DNA from: Selaginella moellendorffii
Lineage: Eukaryota > Plantae > Lycopodiophyta
DNA: 64,000 bases
Direction of reading: 5' to 3'
Assembly (NCBI RefSeq): GCF_000143415.4
Contig: NW_003314324.1
Span: 943,379-1,007,378, forward strand
Part shown: piece by piece, positions 21,870-34,270 of the stretch
How positions within the stretch are numbered: the first letter of the stretch is position 1
Layout of the letters: every line of letters starts with the position of its first letter
The notes under the pieces: model-generated
What the model saw: only the letters and a program-made list of their open reading frames with translations
Database searches by the model: none
What the model was told of the DNA's origin: nothing
Program-made: the position numbers and the translations under genes

Positions 21870-23660
21870 TTAACACGAATTAGATTTATACATATTTGCG
21901 AGCAAGAGGTAAGAGCCAGAATGTTTTGGTTCCAAGTCAATCGCGTTTTGGGCCGCCCGTGTACCTCTATCCACATCGCAGTACATCCTACTAGCACTCG
22001 ACACCGACTTCCACACCACATAGTTTGGAAGAAACGGCATATACCTCGCAAGCTCCTCGGCCTCGCCCAGCCTCCCAAGCCTGGCCAGAATGTCCACCAT
22101 GCACGCGAAATGTCCACGCTCCGCCCTCACATTATGGTCCGAAACCATCGACACGAAATAGCGCCAGCTCGTCTCCACCATTCCGAGGTGGCTGCACGCC
22201 ACCAGCACGTTGGTGAAGGTGACACCGTCGGATGGGATTCCGTGGAGCACCATCTGGTGGAAATTCCGCAACGCAACCGTCCCCTGGCCATTCCGCGCGT
22301 ACGAGGAGACGAGCGCGTTCCAGGCCACGGAGGAGCTCTTGTCGGGGAGGCGGCGGAAGAGATTCTCGGCGTCTTGGGCGTGGCCGTTTAGCGCGCTGGC
22401 GGTGAGGATCGCGTTCCAGGAGAAGGAGTTCTTGGCGGGCATGGCGTGGAAGATGTTGCGCGCCTCGCCCAGATCCCCGGCCTCGGCCGTGGCCGAGAGG
22501 AGGATGTTCCAGGCGATCACGTCCCAGGCGGGCATTCGATCGAAGCAAGCTCTCGCGGCAGTGACGGGCTTGTGCTCGGCGATCCCGGCAGCAAGATTGT
22601 TCCAGGAGGAGACGTCCCTCGTGGGCATCGCATCGAACACTGCCTTGGATCCGTCGAAGCAGCCGCTGTGGAGGTGGGCGGCGATCATCGCGTTCCAGGA
22701 GCACAGACTCTTGTGTTCTTCCGGGAGGGATTTGAAGAGACTCACTGCCTCGTCCAAATGCCCCTTTTGGGCATTTGCGGTGATCAACGCGTTCCAAGAG
22801 ATGACATTCCATCCAGGCATCCGTGTGAAGAGCTCTCTTGCGAAGATCAAACTAGAAGACACTGTGCTTGCTGTGATCATACATGTCCAAGAGATCACGC
22901 TGCGTAGCTCCATCCGATCGAACAAGATCTTCGCCTCTTCCAAATTCCCAAACCGGGCAAATCCCGAAAGAAGAGCGTTGAACGAGGCGGGATCCCAGCG
23001 CGGCATCAATCCAAACGCGCATTGCGCGAGTGGAAAGTTTCCATTCTCCACATACGCAGTGACGATCGCGTTCCAGGACACGGAGTTCTTCTCGGGCATT
23101 CGATCGAAGAGCGCGCGAGCGCCGGCAAGATCCCAGGACTGGGCAAGTGCCGCGAGAGCGTCTGTCCAGGAAACAACATCAAACTGCGGCATCCTATCCA
23201 GCACCGCGAGCGCGTTCTGGATCAAACCCCGGTGATTGTACCCCAGCAGGAGCGAGTTCCAGGAGAGTATGCATCGCTCCGGCGCGCGATCGAAGAGAGC
23301 TTTGGCCTCCTCCGTCCTCCCGGACGATCCTGATCTCGCCCAAGACCCAAGAACAGTGTTGATCGAGACGACGCTCCAGCCGGACGAGCGATCGAACACC
23401 TTCCAGACGATCTCGCAGCCCCTGACGGCAAATGCCGCGGCGAGGATGTTCCAGGAGACGAGATTTCGATCGGGCATGACATCGAAAAGTGCCTTGGCGT
23501 CGTCCGAGGCGCCGCATCGTGCGTACAAATGGAGGAGGAGATTGCCGAGGGAGAGATCGCCCTCCAAGCGATGCTCCCGGACAAGGCGATGGATCCTCCG
23601 GCCCTGCCGGAGATCCTGGGCGGCGGCGCAGCTCCTCAAGCGCGCCGCCAATTCATTCAT
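21870..23660 (-). CDS. PLS-class pentatricopeptide repeat protein, E-type (no DYW)
   Basis: Intronless. About 12 tandem 31-aa 'A..LFDRMP...VSWN' motifs, then P2-L2-S2 (FTNVLVACSHLG, HFACMVDILARLG) and an E domain ending SYLLLANMY. Confidence 0.93.
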   Translation of the reverse strand: MNELAARLRSCAAAQDLRQGRRIHRLVREHRLEGDLSLGNLLLHLYARCGASDDAKALFDVMPDRNLVSWNILAAAFAVRGCEIVWKVFDRSSGWSVVSINTVLGSWARSGSSGRTEEAKALFDRAPERCILSWNSLLLGYNHRGLIQNALAVLDRMPQFDVVSWTDALAALAQSWDLAGARALFDRMPEKNSVSWNAIVTAYVENGNFPLAQCAFGLMPRWDPASFNALLSGFARFGNLEEAKILFDRMELRSVISWTCMITASTVSSSLIFARELFTRMPGWNVISWNALITANAQKGHLDEAVSLFKSLPEEHKSLCSWNAMIAAHLHSGCFDGSKAVFDAMPTRDVSSWNNLAAGIAEHKPVTAARACFDRMPAWDVIAWNILLSATAEAGDLGEARNIFHAMPAKNSFSWNAILTASALNGHAQDAENLFRRLPDKSSSVAWNALVSSYARNGQGTVALRNFHQMVLHGIPSDGVTFTNVLVACSHLGMVETSWRYFVSMVSDHNVRAERGHFACMVDILARLGRLGEAEELARYMPFLPNYVVWKSVSSASRMYCDVDRGTRAAQNAIDLEPKHSGSYLLLANMYKSNSC

Positions 23661-24033
23661 AAATTGAAGAATATACCACAATAGACGAATATATTATAAT
23701 GATGCTTAAAGAATATATTATATAATTAAGCTTAACGAATATACCACAATGGTGCTTAAGAATATACCGCAATGATATGCATGCCACCATGGTGAATAAC
23801 AGATGTATCCTAGCTAGATGACGTAGAAAAATTGACGCCCTGGTCGTCTTAGTTTGTTACATTGCGGTAAAATATGTATTTATGATACACGGTCGAATCT
23901 TGCAGTTCCAGTTCCAGCCAGTCTGGAGCATTCACATCGCCGCCACACTGGCCGAGAGATAATATACCACCCGATGCCACCGCGCGCTGGAGGATATACC
24001 AAAGAATGTGTTCCTCGTTTGTTCTTCTTCGTT

Positions 24034-25183
24034 CTAGCATTCCTGGCGCACGGTGGATGCCACAGCCCTAGCCCAGAACTTGAGATGCGCCTTCATGTCC
24101 TCCACGCCCTGCCGGTTTGGATCCGGCATTCGCAGGTTGAGCAGCGGCGAATCGGGCCTCCGGATGCTCCAGGCGTGGGATGGATAGATCCGCTCGCGCC
24201 GGGGCGATGATCTGGCTGTGCTCGTCGCCAGGCTCACCACTCGCCGGGGCATGAGATCTCCCTCGCTGGGCTTGAAGCCCAGATCTCGCAACCCGCGGAC
24301 CTCGTCGAATTCCAGCTCGCTCCAGCTCCGCGTGGTCTTGCTACGCTGCGATGATCGCCGCCGCCGGCGCGGGTTTGGCGGAGACGCGGCGGAGGCGGCG
24401 ATGGCGGCGGGCGAAGATTCGGCGCGCTCGAGCCCTTGGATTGTGGGCTCATCGGCGACGAACAATGCCGATGCCGACGGGATCGTTTCCAGCTTCCGCG
24501 TCGTGAATTCGTCCTCCTGGATGGATCGATCAAAACAGACGAAACGAATCGATCAGTGCCTCTCTGGCGAGAAGAAAAAAGCTTTTTTTTTGTGGAGATG
24601 CTTTGTGCAAGCAGGAATTGGGACAAAAAAAAATCGTGAATCGAGGAAAGGAGTAAGAGTTTCTCATCGAAACGATCAATGCTGGGCAAAACCAAAGAGC
24701 CAAGAGCAACAAAAGGGGGGGAGCAAACAAACAAAGGAAGAAGAACTTCTTTCTTACCTCGTCAAGAACAACCACTCCTCCATCCGAGACACACTCCGGA
24801 GAGATCGCGCCTCCGCATTGATCCTCCTCTAGAGGCTCATCCTTAGGAAGCTTGAATCCAGCGCCAGGGAGGTCGCCCGTGCTGAAAACCTTGCCAGTCT
24901 CTCGCAAAGGCCGAATCACCGCCTCCATCTCCACGGCCTGGGGCTGGGACTGGATTTCTGGGGGATTCCACGATCTCTTGTTCTTCTTGTCCAGGGATTC
25001 CGGGGACTGCCAGCACTGATCCCACGACCAGCAGCAGCTCGATCGGATCCAGTCGCCCAACGGAAAGCTGAGAGCATTGTCGTGGAACCACATCCGATCT
25101 AGCTCCGCGAGCAGCCATTGGAAATCGGTGAACTCCTTGCCGTGATCCTTGCTGTTCTTGCTAGTCGGTGGCGTGTCAATCAT
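24034..25183 (-). CDS. DUF1685-family plant protein (2 exons)
   Basis: LDRMWF, RSWSELEFDEVRGLRDLGF and MKAHLKFWARAVASTVR; intron at about 24517-24757. Confidence 0.78.
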
Positions 25184-26440
25184 CTCTAGCTCCCCGATCT
25201 CTCGCAACGAGCGATTTCTCCTCCCGATCGATCGACCTGTGCGCGAAATTCCAAGATCCACGCGCTCGCTCGGCTCGCGATCTAGCACCCAATGCCGCCC
25301 ACTGCCCGACCTCGCTCGACCGCCATAGCCAAGGCTGGATAGAGGAAGAAAGAATCAAAAGAAAAGGAAGAAAGAGAAAGAAAGCGTCCAGTGCCCAGAA
25401 AGAGAAGAAGCAAGCCCAAAATTTCTAGGAGAAGCCACACACACACAAAGACAAAGGGATTTTCCAAGCGTCCCAACACGCGATGGCGATGAACTATTCC
25501 AACACGTTGCTGCTAAACCCTAAATGCCAGATCGATCGATCTCACATCTTCCTTCCAGCGAAAGAGAAATAAACGCCGAGCAAACGCCTTGATCGCGCTC
25601 ACTGCGCCATGGAAGACCTGGACCCAGCCAAGCAACGCCAGGCCCACAGCCGTCGGATCCACACCATCCAACGGCCCTCTCTCGAGCAGCAGCAACGCTC
25701 GGTCAAACAAACCACGTCAGCGCCAGCCTGGCCGTGACGTGGTGTAAGCGCCGCCTTCTACACAGTGGCGGCGCTCGGTGGGCGTACAGTGGCGCCGCTT
25801 CCACCCCGCCGCGTGATTGTGACATCGTAGCGCCCGCGTGGCTGACGACGGCCGTGATTTGTGCCAATGCCTGGAAAGGTGGCGGGCAAATCTCGTTGAG
25901 ATCCAATGGCAGAGGACAGCTTGGGCTCGACATCCAACGGCTGGCGTTCAAATTTTTGCGTATCCAAGGGGTATATATCTCGGTAGCTACGCTATATACG
26001 ACAAGCACTATAAAACAAACAAAGCGAGCTCGTCTGCCCATACAAGTGGGAGAAAAAACATGGCTTTTTTTTTTCCACATTGTTTCTATGATGTTATGTT
26101 TGTTGTGGGCATACAAATCTTTCCCTAGAAAATGGTGGCTACTTTGGACCCCCCAAAGTCTTGCTAACATTTTTTTCTCATGGAACTTATGATCGTAGAG
26201 AATCCATGGAGCTCCAATAATTTACAAGTCAAACTGTTCTTCCTGCTGCTAAAAGGAAAAAGTGTTTTTAAGATGCTAAAAAAAAAAAAGTAAAAAGAAA
26301 AAGAGCTTTTCCCCCCATTTTTCCTTCTTCCTGTATGCGTCGATCGACAAATCTATACAAGAGAGTTTGCAGGACGCCCACCTTTTAACCCAGCCTATAC
26401 ATTGTTCAGTAGCAAATACGTAGAGCGTTGTTACAGTAAG

Positions 26441-27641
26441 CTACACAGTTACAGCCACCACTTCTCGTCCCATGGCCGCCACTGCCTTCATTGCTGGAAG
26501 AAACAAGAGCAAAACTTCAGCATCAAACTCAAAAACTTGAGAGAACGTACGTTTTTTCGTCCTGGTAGCTGCGAGCGCGACATCAGCAGCCGCTTGTTTC
26601 ATCTCGAGGTCTTGATCCGCGAGCTCCGACTCTCTCGCGGCTTGCTCTGCCGCTAGAGCAGCCTGCTCGGCGGCAGCCACAGCCAGAGCCGCGACTCTGG
26701 CAGCCTCTTCGGCGGTTTTCCTTCTTTCCAAAGCGTCGGGGTCTAGCTTCGTTCGTTTGGCAATGGAGTCGGTTCTCAGCTTCCGTGTGATGTCCCTCGA
26801 GAAAGTCGGCTGTTTGTCATCTTGGTTGTTCCGAAGCCTTTGGAATTTGGCCCTTCCATCAGATGGAAATTCGTCATTAATCTTATAATTCTGATGCACC
26901 TGTTACTCAACTCATGGCCCCGTACTTTTAGGATAAGATACAAACTTAGAAGTTATAAGCACAAGCATACAGCGGCATACCTTGATTAGCTTTCCCTCGA
27001 GCACCATCGACTTTAGCTTGGAAACCACGAGCTTTTTGAAACTCGGGGGTACAGACTGCCGCTCCTACATTACACAGCAGCCAAAGCTCGAGATCAGGAC
27101 ACAAGCAAGAAAAAGATGGCAAACCTCTATATACTCCGCGATATCAGTTATGCTGGAACCATTTGGTTCTTTCAATGCCGAGAGCGCACCAAGTATAAGA
27201 TTATCATACCTGACAAGAGGGAGTAACTCACAGCACTGGTAAGCTAGGAGCCAGAATAAACTCACTTGGTACCAAGCATCTTTTTTTCCGAGTCGGGAAC
27301 GGGAGATAGCTCCTCCTTATCCGAGCCATCCTGGGACTTCGCTCGCCGTCCCCCGGCTTTTTGACCAGCGCCTTTGCCTCTATTTCTGTTGCCATTGTTC
27401 GTGGCACTTATGTTTCTCCATTTATCCTGTAGAACCAAAGCAAAAGAGTTAGAAGTTTCAAGGCAGATCTCTCGAAACTCCAAACCTTCAAGTCTACGTT
27501 CGATCTGGACACGAGGACTGGCCCGAATTCCTCGTCCTTTTGAATCGCTCGCCATTTCCCAGCTCCATACTTCTCGACCCCAGCTCGAAGCGCGGCCTCC
27601 TCCTCAGCAGTCCACTTCTGCTTTTGTTGTCCCACGGTCAT
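26441..27641 (-). CDS. Single-Myb histone / telomere repeat-binding factor (TRB family), multi-exon
   Basis: Telobox-Myb ([24 protein letters not shown]...RSNVDLKDKWRN), GH1 domain ([19 protein letters not shown]) and a coiled coil ([14 protein letters not shown]). Confidence 0.92.
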
Positions 27642-28199
27642 GTTCCTGCGGTACTCCAAGTTAGAGATCACAGCCTGGGACGCACGAAATCGCGCGAATT
27701 TTGCGAGAATTTCTAGAGCTGCTAAACCCTAGATGAAACCGAAGTACCTGGCGCGTTCAGCTGCTCGCGAAGCCGGTGAAGAACCCTAACCCTAACCTCT
27801 GCACAGACCTAATGCAGCAGAGGGAAAGCATGGAGAAGGAAAAACCATCGATCGCATCGCGCAGAAAGCTTCCCGCGCTGGAGCTAGCACCTAGACGCCA
27901 GGAGAGCGAGAAGAAGAGCCCTAAACCTAATTCGCTTCTACCCTAGTGCTTGCATCTCCGCTCTGCCCTCTTCCCCCTTTCGCTGGACACCAAAAACCCT
28001 ATCTTGATCATAAATAGAGTACATCCAAAAACAGTACATATTCACACCTGTCACAACCTCAGCCGCTCGATCGCCTTATCTCCACGTGGCGCGCTGGGAA
28101 CCTTGGGATTTAGCTGTTCTAGTCCGTTGGATGGATTTTTGAATTGACGAAGGGGATTGGTTCCAGGTAGGTGGGTATGTCTTCCAAAGAGCCCTAAGA

Positions 28200-29270
28200 A
28201 TGCTGGTGGCGGCGGATTTCTGGCGCGCTTCCGGTAAGATCGAGTGCTCGTCGATGCGCATCACTGCGCTGCATTTCCCCGGGATTGCTGGATTCGCAAG
28301 CTTGCGCGGCATCGATCGCCGCAGGAGGCCAAGATTTTGCAGCAGGAGGCAAAGATTTTGTAGCGGAGCTGCGTCGATCGGGTGCATTCCAGGGCCAGGA
28401 TTGAAAATCTGCGCGCTCGAGCAGGGCACGGAGGAATGGCTGGAAATTCGCAAGGATCGTCTCACGGCCAGCACATTTGCGAATGCGCTGGGGTTCTTCA
28501 AAGGCAAGAGGATCGAGCTGTGGGAAGAGAAGGTCGGGCTTAGAGGCGCTTTCAAAGGAAACCAGGCGACCAGATGGGGTGTGGAGAACGAATCCGCCGC
28601 GGTGGAGAGCTACAAGAGGATCACTGGCCATCTCGTGGATCACATTGGTTTTAAAATCTACAAGGAGGACGAAGAACAGCAAACACTCCGGGAAGAGAAA
28701 GGTGGTCGCGAGCAAGCTGAGAAGTTTAGCTGGCTCGGTGCTTCGCCGGATGGTCTCATCGAAGGCAACGAGTCCGACTTGTTCGAGAAGAAAGGAATTC
28801 TCGAGGTGAAGTGTCCACACATGAGAGGGAGGAGAAACGCTGGAGTTCCATGGACCAAAGTTCCTCACTACTACGTCCCCCAGCTCCAGGGGCTGCTGGA
28901 GATAATCGGGAGGGAATGGATGGATTTCTACGTATGGACCGGCAAAAGCAGTGCTTGCTTCCGGGTGACCAAGGATCCGGAGTACTGGACACTGATACAC
29001 GGGTTGCTCAGCGAGTTTTGGTGGGAGAATGTGATCCCGGCACGCAAGGCACAAGCAGCCGGAGAAACAAACTTGGATGCTTTCAAGCCTGGTGCTGAGC
29101 ACCCAAAAACGGGGGCGATGATCAAAAAGAGCAAAGAGCTGGGTATGTCGTATCCTTTGATATGGCATGACGTTGGTGGCACTGTGCAGCCCGTGCAGGC
29201 TGGACTTAACTTGACACTCTCCATCCTCTCGACCACCAAAGTGGAAAAAACTGCCAAGGAGGAAGCTTGA
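28200..29270 (+). CDS. YqaJ-like viral recombinase / lambda-exonuclease-family PD-(D/E)XK nuclease
   Basis: QGTEEWLEIRKDRLTAS, ATRWGVENE, LGASPDG, LEVKCP and YYVPQLQG; intronless; Arg-rich N-terminal extension. Confidence 0.88.
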   Translation: MLVAADFWRASGKIECSSMRITALHFPGIAGFASLRGIDRRRRPRFCSRRQRFCSGAASIGCIPGPGLKICALEQGTEEWLEIRKDRLTASTFANALGFFKGKRIELWEEKVGLRGAFKGNQATRWGVENESAAVESYKRITGHLVDHIGFKIYKEDEEQQTLREEKGGREQAEKFSWLGASPDGLIEGNESDLFEKKGILEVKCPHMRGRRNAGVPWTKVPHYYVPQLQGLLEIIGREWMDFYVWTGKSSACFRVTKDPEYWTLIHGLLSEFWWENVIPARKAQAAGETNLDAFKPGAEHPKTGAMIKKSKELGMSYPLIWHDVGGTVQPVQAGLNLTLSILSTTKVEKTAKEEA

Positions 29271-29968
29271 GCTGTGAGAGAGCCTTTCTTCTTTTGGGAT
29301 ACTCCAAGAGGTTTGTCAGTGATCGTCCTCTTTCGGTTCTGACGACTTGTTCAAGCAGACTGGAAGGATCTAACGTCCTGGAGATCGTTTTCACCAGATC
29401 TAAGGTATTGATAAGCAAAGTAGAAGTTATGGAGCTGATGAAAAATTGCTTTGGTTCCCCGTGAGATGAACCAAAGCTTGAGGCTGCTGTTAGAAGAGCG
29501 ATGCATCGCATCTAGACCTCTTTGTATTGGTGCATCATAGGCAGTCTTCTGGTTTCAGATAGAGATGACTCCGTGTACAAACTGTTTATGCTGTTGCTAC
29601 GTCTTTCTCCAAGCGTGAGCAGACAAAAACTGCCAGAGATGAACTTACATCAGATATTTGTTTTGTTTTCCTTTCGTCTAAACTTTTTTAGTGTGGGTCT
29701 TCTATTTCCATGGATTAGCTTTAAAAGGCCTAAGCATTCTCTTGCATGACTTCATTGTGTGTTCTCATATGGACAAAGTTGGTGCCTTTGCTTGCTGTCA
29801 GTCGGTCTAGAATATTCCAAGGGACATATCCTTGGCTTGCCTCATGGGACGGACAGCTCTTTGCGTTCTTTAAGGGATGGATTGGAAAGGCCTCTATCTA
29901 AACATTATATCTCTCCTCTTTGGCAGGGTCATTGCCATTGGAGCACAGTGAAGTTGTGAACCTGCACA

Positions 29969-32238
29969 ATGCATGTTCCACAGAAAGGCTACCTTCCGCA
30001 GCGCCAATACGCAGCACACAATAGTGATGTTGACGATGAAGAACAAGAAGAAGTGCAGGAGTGCGATGAAGAAAAGCAAGATGAGGACGAAGTGACTCTG
30101 TGGCCTCAGAGCTACAGGTATGAAGTTAGGATTGTTAACATTGTTTCCAGATCCAAGTCTCCAGCAATGAGCAAATTCGCTCGAGAGAACTTCTCAATTT
30201 TGCTGTATGATTGATCTGCTGTTTTATGGCTGCAGGCAATCCATCGACGCTTATAGCTTCTTGACACCTCCAAAGCTCAGCATTCTTAGCCCCGCGAGCC
30301 TGACTCGATCGTTTTTATCCTCCTCGGCTGGCAAGCGGTCGTACTTGCAAGACGACGAAGAAAAGGATCTCAAAAGCCAACTCTTATCAGCGCAGGAACA
30401 AGATCAGGCAACTTCCACCGACACTACAACCTTGGTGGAAAGGAAACCTTCCATTGTTACAATCGCTCACGGATTTCCGAGAGAACCTCAAGATGAAGGA
30501 TGTGGCTTTACGCAGGCATTGCTGAATGGTACGTTTGTCTTTCATTTTCTTTAACTCTTTTTACATTTTCTGTTACAGGAATGAATGTTCTTGCTGGTGT
30601 TGGGATCTTGACTACACCTTATGCAGTGAAACAAGGAGGCTGGATTGGATTGGTTCTACTTTTTTCACTAGCCGTCATTTGCTGCTACACCGGTATTATT
30701 TTGCGAAAATGTTTGGAAAGCAGGCCGGGGCTGAAGACATATCCAGACATTGGACAGGCAGCTTTTGGAAGCATTGGACGACTGATCATCTCGGTGAGCC
30801 ACTCAATCAAGTTCGCTTGAGTTCCAACTTTTTAATTTTTGTGTGTCTCACACTGGCCAGATTGTTTTGTACGTGGAACTCTACGTAAGTACACCCCGGA
30901 ATGCATTGGGATCTCTGACGTTAATCACATTTTTGCTCACAGGCCTGCTGTGTCGAGTTTTTGATACTCGAAGGAGACAACCTCTCGGTATTATTTCCAG
31001 GAACACAACTATCTTTGTTCGGGTATACGCTGGATTCACATAAGCTTTTTGCCATTCTTGCTGCGTTATTCATCCTTCCAACAGTCTGGCTACGAAATCT
31101 CCATCTTCTCTCTTATGTTTCAGGTAAGCGTGATCTTCTTGTCTTCAGGCAAGCATACTCTAAGCAATTTTCGTTCTCCAGCCGGTGGAGTTGTCGCGTC
31201 TCTTATTGTTGTTTTCACGGTCTTCTGGGTTGGAGCAGTGGACGGAATAGGATTCCACGAAACTGGGAAGTTCATTGACATAGCTGGATTGCCAGTGTCG
31301 CTTGGTCTGTATGGATTTTGCTACTCCGGACACGCCGTTTTTCCAAACATATACACGTCCATGAAGAACAAAAGTCGATACAATCGCGTGCTAACCATCA
31401 GGTATTCAATCTATACTCGCTTGTCTTCTTCTCTGACTGCCTCTCTTGCAGTTTCGTTTTGTGTGCTGGGCTTTTCGGTGCTGTGGCAGCCATGGGATAC
31501 AAAATGTTTGGCGATAAAACTCGGTCTCAGGTCACTCTCAACATGCCAAAGGAGTTTGTGGCTTCGAAGATTGCACTTTGGACGATCGTAAGCATTGCCG
31601 CGCTCTTTCTTTTCCTCTGAGTTACTCATGGTGCTTCGAATGTGCAGGTTATCAATCCTTTTACGAAGTATCCACTGCGTCATATCTTTTTACGTTTTAT
31701 TTTCTGGCTTAACTCGAAACAGATACGCACTGACGATCACTCCGGTAGCGCTTAGTCTTGAGGAGCTGTTGCCGATCAACAGCTCTCGCTTCCAGCAGCA
31801 TCTAGCCTCCATTGTCATCCGTACCTTGCTAGTTGCCTCGACAGTTGTTGTTGCCATCTCGGTACCATTTTTCGGTAAACACAGCCTTTGATCGCTATAA
31901 GCGCCGATACGAAGTAACCGTGCAGGCTTTGTGATGGCGTTTATCGGATCTTTCCTTAGCATGGCAGTGGTAATGTTTCTTTTCTTCTTTTTGCTGTGGT
32001 AAAGCTTATGGTGCTTATGTCTCAGTCCTTAATTCTTCCTTGTGCGTGCTACATGAGAATCAGAGGCAGCAAACTAAGCTTGATGGAGGTAAGCTAAGTG
32101 TTTTTCTCAAGGCAAAAAAGCTTAAGCGTGCTTTTCCAGCTTACTCTTGGCATTGGTATAATGCTGGTTGGAATTGTTTGCGCTGTGGGAGGAACATTAT
32201 CTTCCCTTGACGCCATCATCAAACAATTGAAAAACTAA
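29969..32238 (+). CDS. Vacuolar amino-acid transporter, AVT1 family, multi-exon
   Basis: [64 protein letters not shown] and [12 protein letters not shown]. Confidence 0.92.
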
Positions 32239-32795
32239 GTTACATCCTTTTAACGTTGCTCTCGGGCTTGATTCTCTTGAGAGATACTAATGCTCCACTC
32301 GCCAATTATTAAAGATTGTGTAAGTTTTGTTCCATCGCGACAGTGAGCTTGCACGAGTCATCTCGAGCTTGCACGTTTGTTCTTGGTACGCTTCCCTTTG
32401 CAAGAAAATCTATGCTAATTGGCTTGTCTTTCCAGTTTTGCTTGGAAAGGTTCTCATAACGTATCAAGAGCTAAGATTGTAAGTTATCTACTTTCTACTT
32501 TACGAAAAGAATCCTTGTTTTCGTTCCACCTACGTCATTTCTAATTTTTTTTCTCAAAAAATATTTACATCATTTTTCTCCTCCAATCCTCTTTTTTTTT
32601 TTGTTTTCGTTTTTCCTGATCTCTCTCACGCTAAAAGAATCTACCAGCCGCCCATGAGATTGCCTGGCGCTAACTTTTTTGAGTCCTCCAAAATCGAATC
32701 TCACGATGAATCCTCCAAAAGAAAAAAGAAGCAAAGAAGAAAGAAAATGAAAAGAGTGCCTGACCTTCGCTCGCTCGCTTCAGGGGGGGGCCGCG

Positions 32796-34270
32796 TTATT
32801 GCCTCCTTCCTCCTACAAAAGAATCGTTGATACTATGGTTGATTTTGTTGTTCTTGCCGATAGTAGTGTTGTTGGTGTTGCTGTAGCTATGGTTTTTGTT
32901 GGTCTTTTCTCTCGATGATCTCTCCATCGTTGCTAGTCGCATCATCCCATTCCTGGCGATCGAGCCATCGCCCAAGATCGCCCTCTTCTTCCCCTCTTCT
33001 TGTTCCTGCCGCTGCTGCTTTAGCCTCCACTCCTCCTCCACCGTCTTCTGGTCGTGGAAAGACAGCGATCCACACCCAAACCCCGTGCCTGGGAACGTCG
33101 CCTCCACCGGCAGCCTCGAGCACTTGAGGCACATAAAGTCGAGCGCGAACGTCTCCTCAAAGTCCCCATTCTCGAAGCATCCACCGCAGTTGTCACACCT
33201 GGGAACGCAGCTCAGGCAGCCCCGGCACTGCTGCTCCCCCGCGGACCACTTCTCGTGGCACTTGGTCCTCCAGCAGTCGTAAACCACCCGGAGAAGATCA
33301 CACCTCGGGCATGCTTCCACGTCCAGGACCCTGTCGCCGTAGCCCCTGTGCGTGAGCCTATAGTAGAGCGGCCAGCACTTGTCCGGGCAGAGCGCCTCGC
33401 GCAGCTCCTGGATGCGTTCCTTGGTGATGTCGTTCAAGCCCTCCACGCGCAGCCGCCGCAAGCGCTGGTATCCGGGCAGTGTGTGCCGCTGAGCCATCTT
33501 CACGACACCCTCGATCGTCAATCCCTTGCAACAGGACACGTCCAACTGGAAAGAACAAGATCACCAACAAAGTGTGTAAGAAACGCAGAAAACAAAGAGA
33601 AAACTTTGCTCACCTTTGTAAGCATGGTGTTGCCAACGAGAACAATCTCCAGCGACGCATCCGTGATCCTCTGGCAGTTCGCGAGCTTGAGGCTCTGGAG
33701 GCGTCCCTGGGCTCGGAGCGCCAGGATCAGCAGCGCGGTGTCCGTGAGCTTCAAGTCCAGTGGCGGATCCAGCCTTAAGTTCTGCCAGTGTGGAGCCTCG
33801 CGCCTCACCATCTCCAGCAAAGGCTTGCAGACCATCTCCAGGGAAAGAAGCTCCTGGAGCCCGAGGTAGTGGATCACGTACCGGAAAGCCTCGTGTGGAG
33901 GGCCGGGAGATGGAAGAACCTCTCGCTCTTGTGCGCCCTGCTTGAGGATCTCCGCGGTGACCACCTCGGCTGGAAGTTGGCAGCAAATCGCTGGGTTGAT
34001 CCCAAGCCAGTAGCAGTACCACTGGAGAACGGAGACGAAATCCCTCCCATCGCCACACCAGCCCAACTTCGTCCCATACGAGGAGAACTTCTCGGGCGGG
34101 CGCGAAGGAAATGGAGCAAAGTTGGCATACTCGAGACCGCCGCCATAGCTGTGATCGTAGTACGGTGGAGGAGGCTGCTGCCCGCTTGTGTCGAATTCCA
34201 CCCACGCGACATCGCCCCAGGAGTAACACGGTCGCTGGAACGTGAAGCCTTTGTCCAGAGATGACGCCAT
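32796..34270 (-). CDS. F-box protein, SKIP14/SKIP28-like (2 exons)
   Basis: F-box PPHEAF..VIHYL...LLSLEMVC, LRR-like middle, and Cys-rich DVEACPRC...VYDC...CRGC..C.PRC..CG.C; intron at about 33547-33613. Confidence 0.87.

Noticed and set aside
22210-23235. 341-aa antisense ORF over the PPR gene
   Set aside because: Antisense shadow of a repetitive GC-rich CDS; no recognisable domain.
23668-23775. Repeated GAATATACCACAAT upstream of the PPR gene
   Set aside because: Three or four degenerate short copies in AT-rich DNA, with no structure or known motif to support a function.
28194-29168. 324-aa antisense ORF spanning the YqaJ gene
   Set aside because: Codon-aligned antisense frame with no domain features; explained by the codon bias of the sense gene.
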